Translations under genes and position numbers: made by a program | Origin: Basidiobolus ranarum | Taxonomy: Eukaryota | Length of the DNA: 64,000 nt | Direction: 5' to 3' | Assembly (NCBI GenBank): GCA_040143965.1 | Contig: JASJQH010006879.1 | Span: forward strand, 1-64,000 | Shown here: positions 37,153 through 51,255 of the stretch, one piece after another | Numbering within the stretch: position 1 is the first letter of the stretch | Layout of the letters: each line of letters begins with the position of its first letter | Notes under the pieces: generated by a model | Seen by the model: only the letters and a program-made list of their open reading frames with translations | Database searches by the model: none | Told to the model about the DNA's origin: nothing

Positions 37153-38517
37153 ATGTTTAAACCAAGTGCAGCGCTTCTTTTTTTGTTTACTCTTAACCTA
37201 CTACACAGAGAAATCATTGCAGCCAACAATGACGGTAATGTTCCTTGATATGATCTATAATTCAGTCTAGTTTCTAATTGGATTTAAATCTGTAGCATGC
37301 AATGCCCAATGTATTGGATCCTCTGACACAAACTGTATCAATAATTGCCAAGGTTATTATATTTACTATGCCTTAATTTCCCAGGTAATTTAGACTAACA
37401 ATGAAATATACAATCTTTAGCTCAAACTTCACTAAACTGTGCGAAAGAATGTAACGACCCTGTTCCAAGTGTTCAAGCTACCTGTATTAAGCGTTGCTTT
37501 GAAGACAACTCTCAAGATCAGAATCCAAATACTGTTTCATCCGCCCCAGAATCTTACATAACTGTGGTATTAACATCCAATATTCCTGTGGAAGCAACAA
37601 AAACACTTGGTCCTTTAAGTATCCTTCCAGCTGTAAGTGGAGAGGTATCCATTCAAACCATCAACCCTGCAAGTGTGCCATCAGCAACGAGTTATGCCAG
37701 CACCCAAACAATAACCCAGAGCATCTCCTCTGCTTCTTACGATGCAACAGTTACAGCAACCCAAACAGTTGCTCCTAGTATTAGTGGGAACGGTGGCGGT
37801 AATGGCTCCATTAATACCAATACGAATACGAATACTGAAGAATCGTCAACAACGGCTTTAGTAGCACCAATACCCACGAACAATAATCCTCCAGATCAAG
37901 GTCAAAATCCATTTGGAACTGGAGTATTTAGTACATTTATATTTCCAAGTGGAAACGGTGGTGGTGCGGGAATCGCACCCACTCCTGTGCCAATAATTAC
38001 TGATCAGCCACAAATACCTACCATTGACGCTACAAATATTCCAACTGATCCTCTTCCACCTAACCAACCAAACCCCACAAATGCGCCAGCCAATCCACCG
38101 ACTAACCAACCCTCAAATATCCCAAATAATCAGCCTAACCCAGTAACAAACGTTCCGACGAACTCTCCTAACCCCAACGCTAACGCACCTAGCAATATAC
38201 CAACTCCTGATCAAACTGTTCCTCCACAGTCGCCTATACAATCAACAGTGGATCGAGCCCCAAGTCAAATTAACACTCCAGTAAATACACCTACTGGTCA
38301 GAATAACAACTCTGGGGAAGGAAATACTCCATCACCTACAGAAATTCATACAAGTGATACGCCACAAACTTCATTCCTTAACCCAGCTTCAGCGTCAACT
38401 GCAGGAAATATCCGACCATCAGTAGCAATGAATTCAGCTGCCACCAATACCAGAATCACAATTCTAACCATTTGTGTTAGTCTCTTATGGATGTATACCA
38501 CACTTCATTATCAGTAA
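37153..38517 (+). CDS. Secreted, probably GPI-anchored mucin-like protein with an N-terminal Cys-rich helical module
   Basis: Signal peptide, CxxxC repeats (CNAQC..CINNC..CAKEC..CIKRC), a long S/T/P/N-rich stalk and a hydrophobic C-terminus. Two 5' introns. Confidence 0.75.
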
Positions 38518-38578
38518 TAATAGAATGTGTCTTTATTTAAAATTCCAATGTGGTCAACTAAGTTATTTATCATCATGA

Positions 38579-39070
38579 TTATATCAACAATATCGTAACA
38601 AATAAAAAACATACAGAAACAATACTCCTTTCGAAGGTGATACTTGCATCAGAGCTACTTAAACCTACGCTTGGTCGTAGGTCTCCCGCCGTACTGACTG
38701 TCACAGTTAGCGAAGGAACATCCGTAACTACGGTCCCAGCCAGAGAAGAAGTTGCTCTTCCAATCGTAGAGGTGCCATCACCAGTTGTGGAATCTGGGAT
38801 GGTAGTAGTTTCCCGACCGGCAGGGGCATTTGTGGTGGTAGATATATCAGAGGCCTGGGTTTTAGTAACTTCTTGGGTATGAGTTTTGCTTCCTTTTCCT
38901 TTGCCCTTCGTAGTTTTGGGTTTCTCTGAGAACAATGTTGCCATTTGTGCCACGGGAAGGGTCGATGTAAAGACAATGGTAGTCAGACCAGAGACTTGAG
39001 ATGTTACTGGATCATTTTGCGCACTGATGAAGGATATTCCTAACAATGTAAGAAGAAGAGAGAGCTTCAT
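38579..39070 (-). CDS. Small S/T-rich, probably GPI-anchored protein
   Basis: Signal peptide MKLSLLLTLLGISFISA, a T-rich body, small residues SSSD, then a hydrophobic tail. Confidence 0.8.
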   Translation of the reverse strand: MKLSLLLTLLGISFISAQNDPVTSQVSGLTTIVFTSTLPVAQMATLFSEKPKTTKGKGKGSKTHTQEVTKTQASDISTTTNAPAGRETTTIPDSTTGDGTSTIGRATSSLAGTVVTDVPSLTVTVSTAGDLRPSVGLSSSDASITFERSIVSVCFLFVTILLI

Positions 39071-39725
39071 TATTCAGCAACAGTGAATCAATAGTAACGC
39101 GTTAGAGTAGGAACCAAAACATATTTAAGTATTGTGTTCACAGTGACGATTCAGCATTTGTTACGAATCGATGGCAAAAATAGCATTCTATTCTGCCAAT
39201 AATGAGATCGGAAGACAAGGTAGAAAGAGGAGACATTGAAATAGACGAAAGTGTGGGTCACTTCAAGCCTATATTGGCAACGTTTAAAACGGTCTATTTT
39301 TCGATCACGCCTGTCGATATAGGCCAATCGTTGCCAGTTACTCAGGGATATTCCCACACTTTGGTCATAATAATAGATTGTTGTATCGGTTTCTATTTCA
39401 GATTTTTATTAACGCTGGGGGAAATCGTCGGAGAAATTGACATTACATTCTTAACCAGGCTAGTTGCATTATTAACATTTTATCCAGAATTAGCTTCCAT
39501 CGAAATGAGGGCCTGAGTTTCATGGCCATTTAGCCTTTTGGAGTACAAATGAATTCTGTCTGTACTCTTTTTTTTTGTACAAACAAATCGGACCCATTTG
39601 TGCGATCAAATATTTGGAAAATTGGTGCCTTATTGAGTTCGAATATTCTGGGTCCAAATTTTTCTATTACTTGGAAGCCTTTTTAACCTATTATCAGTCA
39701 TTCGAAGTCTGAGAATTCCTACGTT

Positions 39726-41123
39726 ATGTGGAATTCACAAAACAACCTTTGGGCATCGCAGGCATGTGGTTATGCTTCCATATGTTTTTGGGTGGTGGTA
39801 TTTACACCGTAAGTTTCAAGGTTCCCATTAGCTTTATGAGATATAAACTGAACATTTGTGTCATTCAAACAGTCAATTATATGAAAATTGGAAACGTAAG
39901 AATAGTAACTCCTTATCGCTGACATTCGTTGCCATTTGGATAGCTGGTGATGTATTTAACTTAATCGGCGCTTACCTTCAACAGTTATTACCTACTATGG
40001 TATTTTATTAGTTTATTTAAATGTTTTTACCATTTTTTCCCAAACTCATTATTTGAAAGCTTTTCTTGGCTTTTTATTACTCTTTAGCCGACGTAATCCA
40101 TTTTCTATATTTAACCACTTGGATGAAGTGTTGGCTTTATTTCTAACCTCTCTATAGGTCATCCTTCTTTTTCAAGTTATATATTACCGGCGCTTTGGAT
40201 TCTACGAAGATGAGGAGCAATCTGCTCTAATTCATAGTAGACGTAATTCATATGATACCATTACAAGTAGTGTAGAAGACACCGTTAGGAGAAGAAACAA
40301 TAGTTGGCTATATGTGATATTGCCGATTATATGCCTAGCGACCTTGGGAATTATAGGCTTTAGCTTGAGGCACACATTTAGTATAGAAGATCAAAATCTA
40401 GACCCAAATTTCATTACATTTGACTCGTTCTTGGCCAGTGTAGGATTTTGTTTTAGTGCTCTCGATTATCGCATATATATTTACTTCGAGGCTGACTAGA
40501 GCTTGATGATTTTCTTTTTAGGGAGCCGTAAATCTTCCGAGTGATGCGGAAATTTCACTTGTTCCCCAGATATTTGGTTGGATTTCAGCTATACTTTATG
40601 GTAGGAAGTCTAGACTCCACTCTCTTAGTATGTTCAATATACTCATCTCTAGTACCTTAGTTGGGGCACGCATTCCGCAAATATGGAAAAATTACCAAGA
40701 TAAATCTTGTGATGGTCTCTCTTGGATCATGTTTGCACTCTGTTTGCTCGGGAACGTGACATATGTTGGGGTAGGTAGATGCTAGACTGGCTATGTTGAC
40801 TCGGTACTAAACTCTTTTCAAGTCCATTCTCTTCTATTCAACAGAAAATCAATACATACTAAAAAACTTGGCTTGGCTCGTTGGAAGGTATGGACAGCCA
40901 ATACTGTTATTGTCCAGAGTTGATTCTAACTATATACTTTAATAGCGGAGGGACGTTGTTCTTTGACTTCACGGTAAGTAGAGATATCTTGATTCGACTT
41001 GTGAGATGCATGAACTAAGCGAGTGTCTAGATTTTTTATCAATTTTGGATTTATCGAGGAATCAAGCGCAACGCCGATGGATACAGCATATATTCCACTA
41101 CTGAAAGTGTTCTTACAGTATAA
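39726..41123 (+). CDS. PQ-loop vacuolar cationic amino acid transporter (Ypq/PQLC2-like), multi-exon
   Basis: FTPQLYENWKRK..LSLTFVAIWIAGDVFNLIG, a second repeat ARIPQIWKNYQDKSCDGLS, and WLVGSGGTLFFDF. Confidence 0.88.
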
Positions 41124-42194
41124 TTTTCACCGTACTCGTAGTCCATAATAGCATATAATATTTATTTCTAATGTTTACCCAAACCCTAATTCGCTCAACA
41201 ATGCATTAATCTTGTGTGGTTCGTGTAAATAGCATACCCGTCCTTTATTTATTTCTTGCTATTAAACCTCACAGATGCCACTTTGGTACTATATTACTAC
41301 ACTTCCTGACTCACGTTAAAAATACCAAGCAATGCAATTTGACCATGTAACATGATCTCAATACTTATTCACCTTTTGTGGGCTATTTTTACAACGTTGA
41401 TATAATTAACTAACATTCCCCTTATTTGCTTAGCCTGAACTAACCAAGCGACAGTGCGACTGAAACACAGGCTAATCAGCATCATAACTTTGTTGCCAAC
41501 GAGAAGTGCTTACGAAAGGATTGTTTCATTCTGGAATTCACTATAGTGCCTGCCATCACTATGATATATAGCGTGTTTACTCTCTTTGCTCTGTTAACGT
41601 CACATTGTCAGTGTCTTATTTTTAACAGTTAGTCCAGAAATAGATTCAATGCAACCTTTCAAGTAAAACAAGACATTATTTACAATCAACCCCACAGTTG
41701 ATCGTTCAGCTCTAGGTACGTTCAGGAGATACACTGCTTCCATAAATCCCATTACAACTCTCCAATCCTTTCGCAAACCTAATATTAAACGTTGGCGTTT
41801 CGCAGTCATAGAGTATTCTCTCTCCACTTGAAAATGAATGAACCAAGACCCTACTCTTATCTGATTGAATGCGTAGTTATCAAAAATTTCCATCATCTTA
41901 CGTTTCACTGGCTATATTATGTTCGCAAATACTGGCCATTCGTTAATTTTACACTTCACCAATGATTGTGTTTATTACATTGATCTACAAGGGTAAAAAT
42001 CGCGACGTATTAAGTAAAGCTAGACCGGGTTCGTGTTGTTTAGAGGTGGAGTTGGGAAATGGTCATTTATAAAGCACTTGGGGCTATGGCAAGACGATCA
42101 TTTTGTCATTTCATTTCATTCTTTTCTTTACAATTTTGCCTTGTCTCCTTTGCGCCGCAAGATATCCCATTAGATTTCAAGAAATCATGCAAGC

Positions 42195-43978
42195 ATGGCT
42201 GCATCATATTCCCCATTTCAAATTAGCCTAAAAACCATCATTTTTGTATTACTATTACTTTTATCTCATACCAGTAATCTGAGCGAGGCTGCATTAACTT
42301 TATACCGGCCTGATTTCACACCGAGTCTTACCGTGGAGAACACAGATATGATATATTCGAACAGCACCGGATATAATCGCATTACAGGCCCTATTTACAT
42401 GGCTCAATTCACACCAGAAAAGAGATGTTTTCTCGAAGATTATCCAGTGAACAGTTCGATCTTTCTCGTACCCTTTTCGACTGCTCAACAGTTTGGTTGC
42501 GAAACATATGCAGATGTTATTCATATGAATAGGTGGACAAATCAAAGTGAATACACCAATCATATTCCCCGAGTGGTTGTTTTCACTTCTATGAATGGTG
42601 GAACTCCAGGGATTGGTGAGTATCTCGCAGGTTCTATCCAAGTGTTGTCCAGTGCATTACCCAGTCTCACACTCGTCACGCCGGAAAGCATGGATATGTT
42701 AGTAAGGGAGCTCCAACCTGGATGCTATGCACAGATCACTGAAGGTAATGCGAATTACATTACATATCGTCCTCATACCTTTTGCTAATAGCCCCTTAAA
42801 GATCCTGGACCATGGGCCAGACTTAAAGACTCTAAGCAACTCTTGTGTTACACCATCATAGTCAACCTATTATTTGGGATCCTTATTCTTGTTTCAGCCA
42901 GAGGGTTATTCAGAGTATTTACTACGCTCTCAGATCGTTGGATGACAGGGAACGCGAGGTTTTATGTATATCCGGGAATTATGTGGATTTCCTTGTGTAA
43001 GTTGTAGCATATTGATTGTAAATGACCCATGTGATTTATCTAACATGAAAGACTTCAAGTTAACATCATCATGATGGATATAGACCCTTTTGAATTGAAA
43101 GAAAGCTCCTTTTCTACTCCGATCCGTTCCCTGCTAGTCCTAGGTGGATATTTTGGCATGTGCTGTACTTATGCAGTAATTCTTAATTCATGGTAAATAA
43201 GTATATGCATACACTGTCATCGATACATTAGATTACTGATGGATCTCGTGTAGGATCAAACTTTGTGGGCAGTTGAACCTTCGAATCCATAAAGGAGGTC
43301 GATTCTTGAAATCACTTTCTATTCCATTTAGAGGGATCGCAATACTGAGTTTACCATTATACTTGATCAACATTGTGGGGGCGGTGCTTCGGGTTGTTCC
43401 TGGTATGCCCAATTGGATTCGAGAATTCAATCAAATCATGACTCTGATATTGATTGTTGTAAGCGTGCTTGAGGGAATCGGGTTTATGGTATTTGGTTAT
43501 TTGATGGTGTTCACTTTATTCCAATTCCATAATGAACAACATGCTGAGCTCCGTCTATCCAGACTTAAAACTGCAAAGAAGGTAATTGAATGTCATACTA
43601 TTGATATGCAGTGCATTATTTTAATATTAAATTGTGTAGCTAATCATGATGACAACTGCACTGACTACCGGATTATACTTATGGGGAGTGGTACTAATTC
43701 TGGTGTTTACACAGCAACCATCTATTGGGAATTTTTGGATCACACGAACTATACAAGACTTCGGAACCATCCTCTCCTCATCCGCACTCCTCCATGTATT
43801 ACATCAAAAGTCATTTACATCTGAGATTGAAGCGCTTGAAGAAGAGGATTTTAAAGTGAGTTCTGGTAGCGTCACTTCAAAGCGAGAATCCAAACTTTGT
43901 ACGGTAGACGTGAAATGGGATTCTTGGAGTATAGATTCACTGAGTAGTGAAGAACTCACAGATATAGCATGTACATAA
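42195..43978 (+). CDS. Signal peptide plus extracellular (PA-like) domain plus about 7TM receptor-like protein, 5 exons
   Basis: Hydrophobic N-terminus, a ~170-aa ectodomain ending DPGPW, and multiple TM segments across spliced exons. TATAAA at ~42068. Confidence 0.65.
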
Positions 43979-45142
43979 TATTGCCTACTACTGCTTAATA
44001 CATATGGCTCCTATTATCACCACTTGAATAAAGTTATTCCACTTAAATTACAAGGATAAGGTCAGTCTGGGACTATCTTAATTCGTTTGTTAAATAGGTT
44101 CTGTCTGTTGTACAGTGAATGCCAAGTTGTGAGTATGCACTTGTTCTCGAAATTCGTGCTACACTCGGCACAGTCCCAGAACCATTTACTGCTGGATTAG
44201 GAATGTTCTGGTAGAGCACGTGGACTAAGAAATTGCCTTCACACCTATACCTATAGTGCTTTCGATGGTGACTGCCATCCAAAATAGTAAAAGGTCACGG
44301 CCACATGTACATACTACGTTATGCACCCATTTTTCCGTCAATTCTAGAGAGAAACTCTTCAACCTCCGTAAATATCAATAATCTAGCAATTTAAGAACCG
44401 ATATGAAGGCAGATATGAATTCTATTAAATATCGAAATCATTCAGTGAATGTGATGAATCACCCCATACGCATAGTGTTTCACCTCTCCATCAATTTCAC
44501 CTCTTTCAAACATGTTGACATATTATAGATTATCCCGACTTGATGCTAGTTCACTTGAAACAATCCCCAATCACTGAGCTATAGAAAATATGGTCTTCAT
44601 TTTCTGCATATTTTCCAATGATCATTGGCGTCAATAAACTTTATATTTCTATATATCTTATTAATACACCATATATGGAAAATATCTGATTATTTTTCAT
44701 CATGGACCAATGATGTGGCGATTATGTAAGTATTAGTTCAGGATATAGCCAGAAATATGTCCAATGGGGTGGTGGTAAAGGCCCAGGTCCAAGTCACATG
44801 AATGGTCACGCCGATATTTTAGATATTGAACTTAACAAGGATATAAGCCTCATAATTGTATCGAAAGTCATCAGATTTTTCAGCACTCAACACTCCTGTT
44901 CTCGCAACCTTCTCGACAACTGTTTCAACGCTTTGCTTAGGACTTCTTGTTCCAAAACTGCTTATTTGATTACACCAATCTCTTATTCGCCTTTCGGGAT
45001 TAATTCAGAAACATAAACATCCTTAAATAAGCTTGATTCTTCGTTAAAACTACCTATTCGCATTCTTAGGCTTTTAAAAACTTCTCTTCTATTGAAAAAC
45101 CTCCCATATTCTATACTTTCCTCAGACAATAACTACTTCATA

Positions 45143-45794
45143 ATGGTGGTCCTAAATAACAACTCCGAAATGGTGATACCAATGCAAACTCTAAGTAGTA
45201 TACCTAGGGATTTTAATACTCAAAACGAATCCTCTTGTCTCGCTGTCTGCTCCGTTCTTCGTACTAGCACGTGTCACAAAGAAAACTATTATTATAGCCT
45301 GGGTAACCGGGCATCGTGGTGTTTTTGATGTTCCTTCCGTTACTTCGTCTGATGGTGACGGAAGGAAAGTAGAGATCGGACTTGCTTCCAAGGCTACTGG
45401 TGGATTAGTTGCAGCAACGAATTTCGCCCATAAATTACTACATTTGCCTTCAAGCTCGTTTCGTAAAATTGACGCGGTATTAGCCATCTCTTCACGTGGA
45501 GTAGAGAATACCAATACTAATGAATGGCTGGGATTTATCACTGAGAATACTTTATTTTTAAGTCCACCAAATTCAGCTGGCTGGGCGGAAAATGGATTTC
45601 GTGAATCGTTAATGTCAATTTTAGAATTAGCTGATACTATATTCAATTGTGAAAAGTTGATCATATGCATGCCAAAGAGGAATTTGGATACTCCATCTCT
45701 ATTACGCGCCTTCATGTATATAGGGTTCGAATTAATCAACCCATCGGTGTATAATCAACAACCCGAATACCTTCTTCTAGGTTACGAGCTTTAG
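45143..45794 (+). CDS. OAZ1: Ornithine decarboxylase antizyme, decoded via +1 programmed ribosomal frameshift
   Basis: ORF1 runs from ATG 45143 to TGG TGT TTT TGA (stop 45326-45328). The +1 frame starting GAT at 45327 is open to 45794 and encodes FRESLMSILELA..CEKLIICM..LLRAFMYIGFELINP..LLLGYEL. Confidence 0.95.
45331..45381 (+). promoter_or_regulatory. Predicted H-type RNA pseudoknot acting as 3' frameshift stimulator
   Basis: Stem 1: 45331-45343 TTCCTTCCGTTAC pairs with 45355-45367 GTGACGGAAGGAA. Stem 2: 45347-45353 GTCTGAT pairs with 45375-45381 ATCGGAC. Confidence 0.7.
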
Positions 45795-46257
45795 ACGGTC
45801 ATATGATTGGCAAGAAGGCTTGGATTTATTTCTATCTCATAGTATTGTATCTATCTCCAGTTTGAACAGAAACCAGTGCCTAAAAAGCGAATAAAAACCT
45901 TTGTAATAAACCATCTCTTCGTTTGATAATAATATAATATTTATGTAAGTGTGTATGTGTGATTCTAATAGCATTCATATCGTTTTCCATGTGACAAGAA
46001 CAGTGCAAAGAAATGAATAGAAATATCATTTTAATAGTTAATTCAAACTTGCTGTAGTTTGTAAACATATGTGAGATATACATATAGAACGTCTGGGGAT
46101 TTATGAGGATGTGACAAGGAGGGAGAGAATGAACTCCATCAATTTTAACTAGGTATATGTCTCAGAAGGGGAATTATTTCCTAAAGAAAGTAAAGAATCA
46201 AGCCAACTCGAAACAAATTTAACTAGCGAGTAATTGGATAAAAGAAGAAATAACTGA

Positions 46258-49200
46258 TTATAGATCACTCATGTCAGTTAATTCATTTTGAATCTGTCGA
46301 TGGATGAAGCACAAGTAATCTACATAGGACATATTATCGTTATTCTTATCTTCCACCATAAGGTTAGAGAATTCCAACTCCGCTTGATCCATTTGATGTC
46401 GTACTATTTGTAAGTTTGGATAACGTACTTTCTCTTGTTGTAATACTTTCATTAATGTACGTATTTGATGAGAGGTTGGGTTATCGAGTTCCGGCAATTC
46501 CCCTACTTTAGGGTTGATTTCTTGTAATGTACTGACTCCGAAGACTTGTTCTAAAAATTCTTGCGAGATTTGATTGCCCACCCAAAGCATCAAGGTTAAA
46601 CTATTATCGACCAAGTAGGCTCCAGTAAGATCTAGTCGTGCATAAGAGTCTCGAATCATAGGTGGCATACATATAATATCATGCTCATTTGGAACGCATG
46701 TGTTTTCGGGAAGGGTATGAAGTGGAATAAGTCGAGGATATAGAAGTGGGATCGACTGCGAGACACCAACACTATTTAAAAAGCTCATGAAAGCTCTACG
46801 TGAATCGATGGAAATGTCTACCCCATTTCTTAACGCTCTAGATTTGAGTATCGTAAGGGCATAAAGTGGAAATAGTTTAAGCGCTTCTGGTAATATCAAT
46901 TGTCCTGGGGAGGTAGAGGAAGCACAGTGTTTACGATAAGCTGCTAATATGTGAACACATTTTTCGGTCAGCTTTTCCTTGATAACTCTTAATGGAGACG
47001 ATAGACTTTGAGCGATTGCTTGTTTGGATAATAGATTGATTGTAGCATCCATTTCAGCATATCTGAACATGTTACCCATTAGTGTAGTGACGGGTACACT
47101 TAGATTGTGCAAACGAATTCTTCTTTGTCCAGTAGACGTAGTGTACAATAAAGCACATTGGAATGTGGCATCCGTTTTTTCATCAACTTTAGAGTCGTGC
47201 TTGAGTAAAACTGCAATCCCTTTGTCACTATCCAATCCGCCAAATTCAACATCCGTGGCATTTCTCATATAGAAATTACCAAAATGATCGTCCAAACTAA
47301 ATCCATTAGAACAACGAACTCTCATAATACCATTAAATCCAAACTTTCGAGTCACATTATGTTGAAGCTCACGAGTAAATTTCATTCCTTCCTTCTGTGG
47401 GTCGAAATTCGAATAGAAATGAATGTCACCACCCGTTAAACTAGCTAAGGTTCCAATCGTTGCAACATCTACGTAGGAATTTGGAAACAAGAACATGTCA
47501 ACGCTGATACCAGACTCGACCATATCTGTAGCGAGGGTTTTGTAGAAGGTTTCTTGAGGAGAATAAAGGGCATTTTCCTTATCAGTTCCAATAATTTTAA
47601 CATCATCTCTATTCTTAAGAGAACCAGGTCCAAATATTGGTAAGGTCGTGTGGAATACAAATACTTTTCCACCAGCGTCTTTCTATCAATTTAGTATTAA
47701 ATTACGTTAAATTATGTCAAGAGACCAAAAGTGAATTCTAGCAACACTAACCAATGCCATATAAGCAGATTGCATCGCCGCGCCAAGCACTGGTTCTACT
47801 ATACGGTTGTTAGCAAACATAGTAGGTAAACTCTCTAGCAAACTTTCGATAATATCTCTATAGAAATCATTTGTTCAAACAGATACATATTAGTCCATGA
47901 AAAGCACACAAATATACAGAGTAAATAAACTCGTCCACTGACCTAGACTCAAGGGGATCAACAAAGAATCCTTCATTTAAAGGTACAAACATATCAAACA
48001 CATCAGGAACGACCATCATCTGAGCTTGCTCTAAATTCGACTGAAAAATAGTTTAAAAGCCAAATTCTTATGCTAATATTAACAGATCAAAGTTTCTTAC
48101 CGAAAGGTTGTAAAAATGAACGCTTCTATCATAGGTCATGATACCCACTCTAATCCCTGGCTCTATTCCTTTGTCTGAGTAGATAGCTTCACGAACTGCT
48201 TGAATACACGAGTGCAACATTCCGCTTTGAATAGAATTCCACGATACGTCAATTGCAAATATAAACGAGGCGGGAACAGGTGGACGATTACAATAATCCT
48301 ATTGTATGCCACGAATAAGTTAATATAACATGTTTGCCTCAATCCAGGATTCACTGATAACTTTATATTAGATACCTTGGTCGCAACAAATTCAACACTT
48401 CCAAACCTCAACTCTGGCCTCGTCTCAATATCCAAACGACGGCCATTCATATCCAAATTACAAAAGTATTCTTCAGGAACTAATAAAATATCAGAATCAA
48501 TAAAAGACAGACCAAAAACCTTTTAAGGTGAACTATTTCCACTTAATCTTACCTTCATTTGCAAATTGACAGAGATTACAAACGAACTTTCTACCACCAT
48601 CGACAAATGTAACAAAGGGATTAATATAAGCTTGACAACGATTGCAACGAATAGGTCCACTCTCTCCGAAATCGACCAATTCAAGTGGTGCCTAGATTGA
48701 TGTACGACAGATAATGGATCAGTTTAAAGTACTCGTTAATAAAAGCAGATACAACATACCTCATCATTACGTAGCTCTGCCAAAGGCTGTACAATCATAC
48801 CTAAAGGAAGATGGGAGTTTTGCAACAAGTCTGTCGTCGCTGGAACATTGTACATGGTCATACGCATGAATCTTGGATTAGAACAACCTATATCAGCAAA
48901 ATTTCAAAGGATTAGTCAATGGAGATGTCGAAATAAAAATGCAACCTTTTTCAAACCTTCATCAATGGCTTTGAAATTACTGCTTGCCAGAGGAATACTT
49001 GTTCTCGAATAAGTCATAAATGGAGCGTCAACAAAATTCTTCTGATTTTGCTCTTGCACCGTAATTGGAGATGGAATTTGATCAGGGTCGATACGATTTC
49101 TAGGAGGATTTTCCATAGCAGGTCTACCAACAGAAGCTAGGGGCGGTTGGTTAGGAGGTCGCATCATAGATTGTGGTTGTTGCTGTGGTTGTAAGGGCAT

Positions 49201-50178
49201 GGTCTGTTGGTTTGTTGTGGGCCGGAAGCCAGGCATCATTGGATTTGGCTGTTGTGGTTGACCTCCCATAGGACTATACAATGATGGAGCCTGTTGCGAA
49301 TTCAACGAGTTGGGGGCTGCATTTTGAGGGGGTTGAGTCGCAGGAAATCCAGCAGGATTAACTGGGTTACCATCAGGACCTAAGAACACACGCTTAGGTC
49401 TAGCAGCGGGTCTACCTGCACTGTGTTGCTTTAATCGTGTAAATTAGACATGGTCAGTAAATATATAACAATGACATTTTAGTATATAAATAATAAATAT
49501 CTCACTTCAAAATACTGATTTTGTTGCAAGTTTAGATTACCCATTTGGTTAGATAATTGATCACCAGGATTCGATGGTCTAGGAAGGCCTTGGCCTGGGA
49601 AAGGTTGATTACCATGTGGTTGGGGAGCATGTTGAGACGGCGGCACTCCGGAAGAACCAACTGCTGGCCTTCCTGGTTGATTCATTCCATTGGAGTGGTG
49701 AGCGGGACGTGGCAAGGAATTGATACCATCGTGAGGTAAAGTTGGAATGGCGCCAGGCTGAGGGCGCTGTAGGCTACCTAAAGTACAGTGTACAACATTA
49801 GAAACTGAAAATTCAAAGAATATACTTAATATAGTAACTGATACCTGGTGGAGGAATACCGTTTCCTGGAGGACGTTGAACATTTGAAGCATTGGGATGA
49901 GGAGCCATCATAGGTCGTTGACCAGGAGGTAAATGTCCCAAGTTACCAGGCACTGGAGGCCTATTGCCAGGTGGGCGCATTCCAGGAGCTAAAGAGTGTG
50001 GGCGTTGATCAACGTGGTGAGCAGACGGTCTCATAGCGTTAGCTCCAGGGTTAGAAGCAGGATTGTAATTTTGAGGTCTAGGCGGATTTGAGTGCACTGG
50101 ACGGCCTTGGTTTGAATGAGAATCTCCATGAGGATACGGGTGATTGTATGGTTGCTGTTGTGGATCCATACTGGACAT
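46258..50178 (-). CDS. SEC24: COPII coat subunit Sec24 (SEC24C/D-, Sfb3-like), multi-exon
   Basis: P/Q-rich N-terminus, RIDPDQIPSP, zinc finger RCNRCQAYINPF..CNLC, RPELRFGSVEF, MRVRCSNG, GQRRIRLHNL, GQLILPE and SYVDYLCFIHRQI. Confidence 0.93.
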
Positions 50179-51255
50179 TCAAAATTGAATTTGTATGCGA
50201 GATGAAGTTTACTACTTTGTGGATATATTTATATGTTGGGTAAATATTTGGTAGGTTCTTACAAAGATTTAAATATTCAATAGAGTTTAATAGCAAGTTA
50301 AGATGCACTGGATTCTCCTAAGATTGAGGTTCTCTCTGTTATCTTACTGTTCGAGTTGAAGGAGTTTGGATTTGACTTTCATATCTACGTATCATGAATA
50401 CGCAGCTTAGAAATGCAATCATGAGTGACTGGAAAGATCAGTGAGTGATGATAAATCAAACTTAATCACATTCCTTCCAAGTTGTATTAATTAAGCTCGA
50501 TCGTAAGTACATTGACAACAGAATAATAATCAGCAATTTTTGATGGCATTTATTTACTTGTAAATGTCGTGTTGTTAAAAAGTAGCGAATTAGTTTTATA
50601 TCTACCAATAACTTCTCGCCACCTTCTAACAATCATTATATTATATATTGATAGGCCTGCCCTCACCCGCACACAAGCAATTCTCCAAAAACAATCAAGG
50701 TTATCAAATAAAGTGTTCTCGCTTGGAGGGCCTTTCCCCGCAGTATCTTATGCAGCCTTCATTTAGCAAGCGACACTAAGTTCGGCAAATAGCAGTCTCA
50801 GTTCCCATTTATTGCAATGGAAGTGTCAGTTCCCACATACCCAGGGTTTTACGTAAGAGAGTAAACAGAGTGGTAGTTATTCACATCGCTTTTGATTAGA
50901 TTTAAATCAGGTACGCTATTCTCACACTAGAAATGCCACAGAACGTACCAGATCAAAAGCTAACAATAGGCCAAGTAACATTATACGAACCAAGGTAAAA
51001 GGGCCAAGCTATCAAGCCACTATGGAAATGTGAGCGATGAGAGCATTGTTTTCTAAAATAGGTATGTTGAACGTTGTTTCAAATTGAGGTCTCACGAACG
51101 TCAAACAACCCGACAGTTATAGTAAGCATACTGATTGTCATACCGACGAGTCTTTTTTTCTTCTCACCGGGTAGAAGGACGTAGGCTTCAGTCAAGTATA
51201 AAAGATACGTCTCATCCTAACAACACTAACATCATCAAGTCGAAAATACGAAACA

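Noticed and set aside
41600-41908. 102-aa minus-strand ORF
   Set aside because: Non-ATG start, no recognisable motif and no supporting splice structure.
45191-45739. 182-aa antisense ORF over antizyme, and similar antisense ORFs over ALDH, SEC24, CDC42 and the perilipins
   Set aside because: These are shadow ORFs opposite real genes, with no independent motifs.
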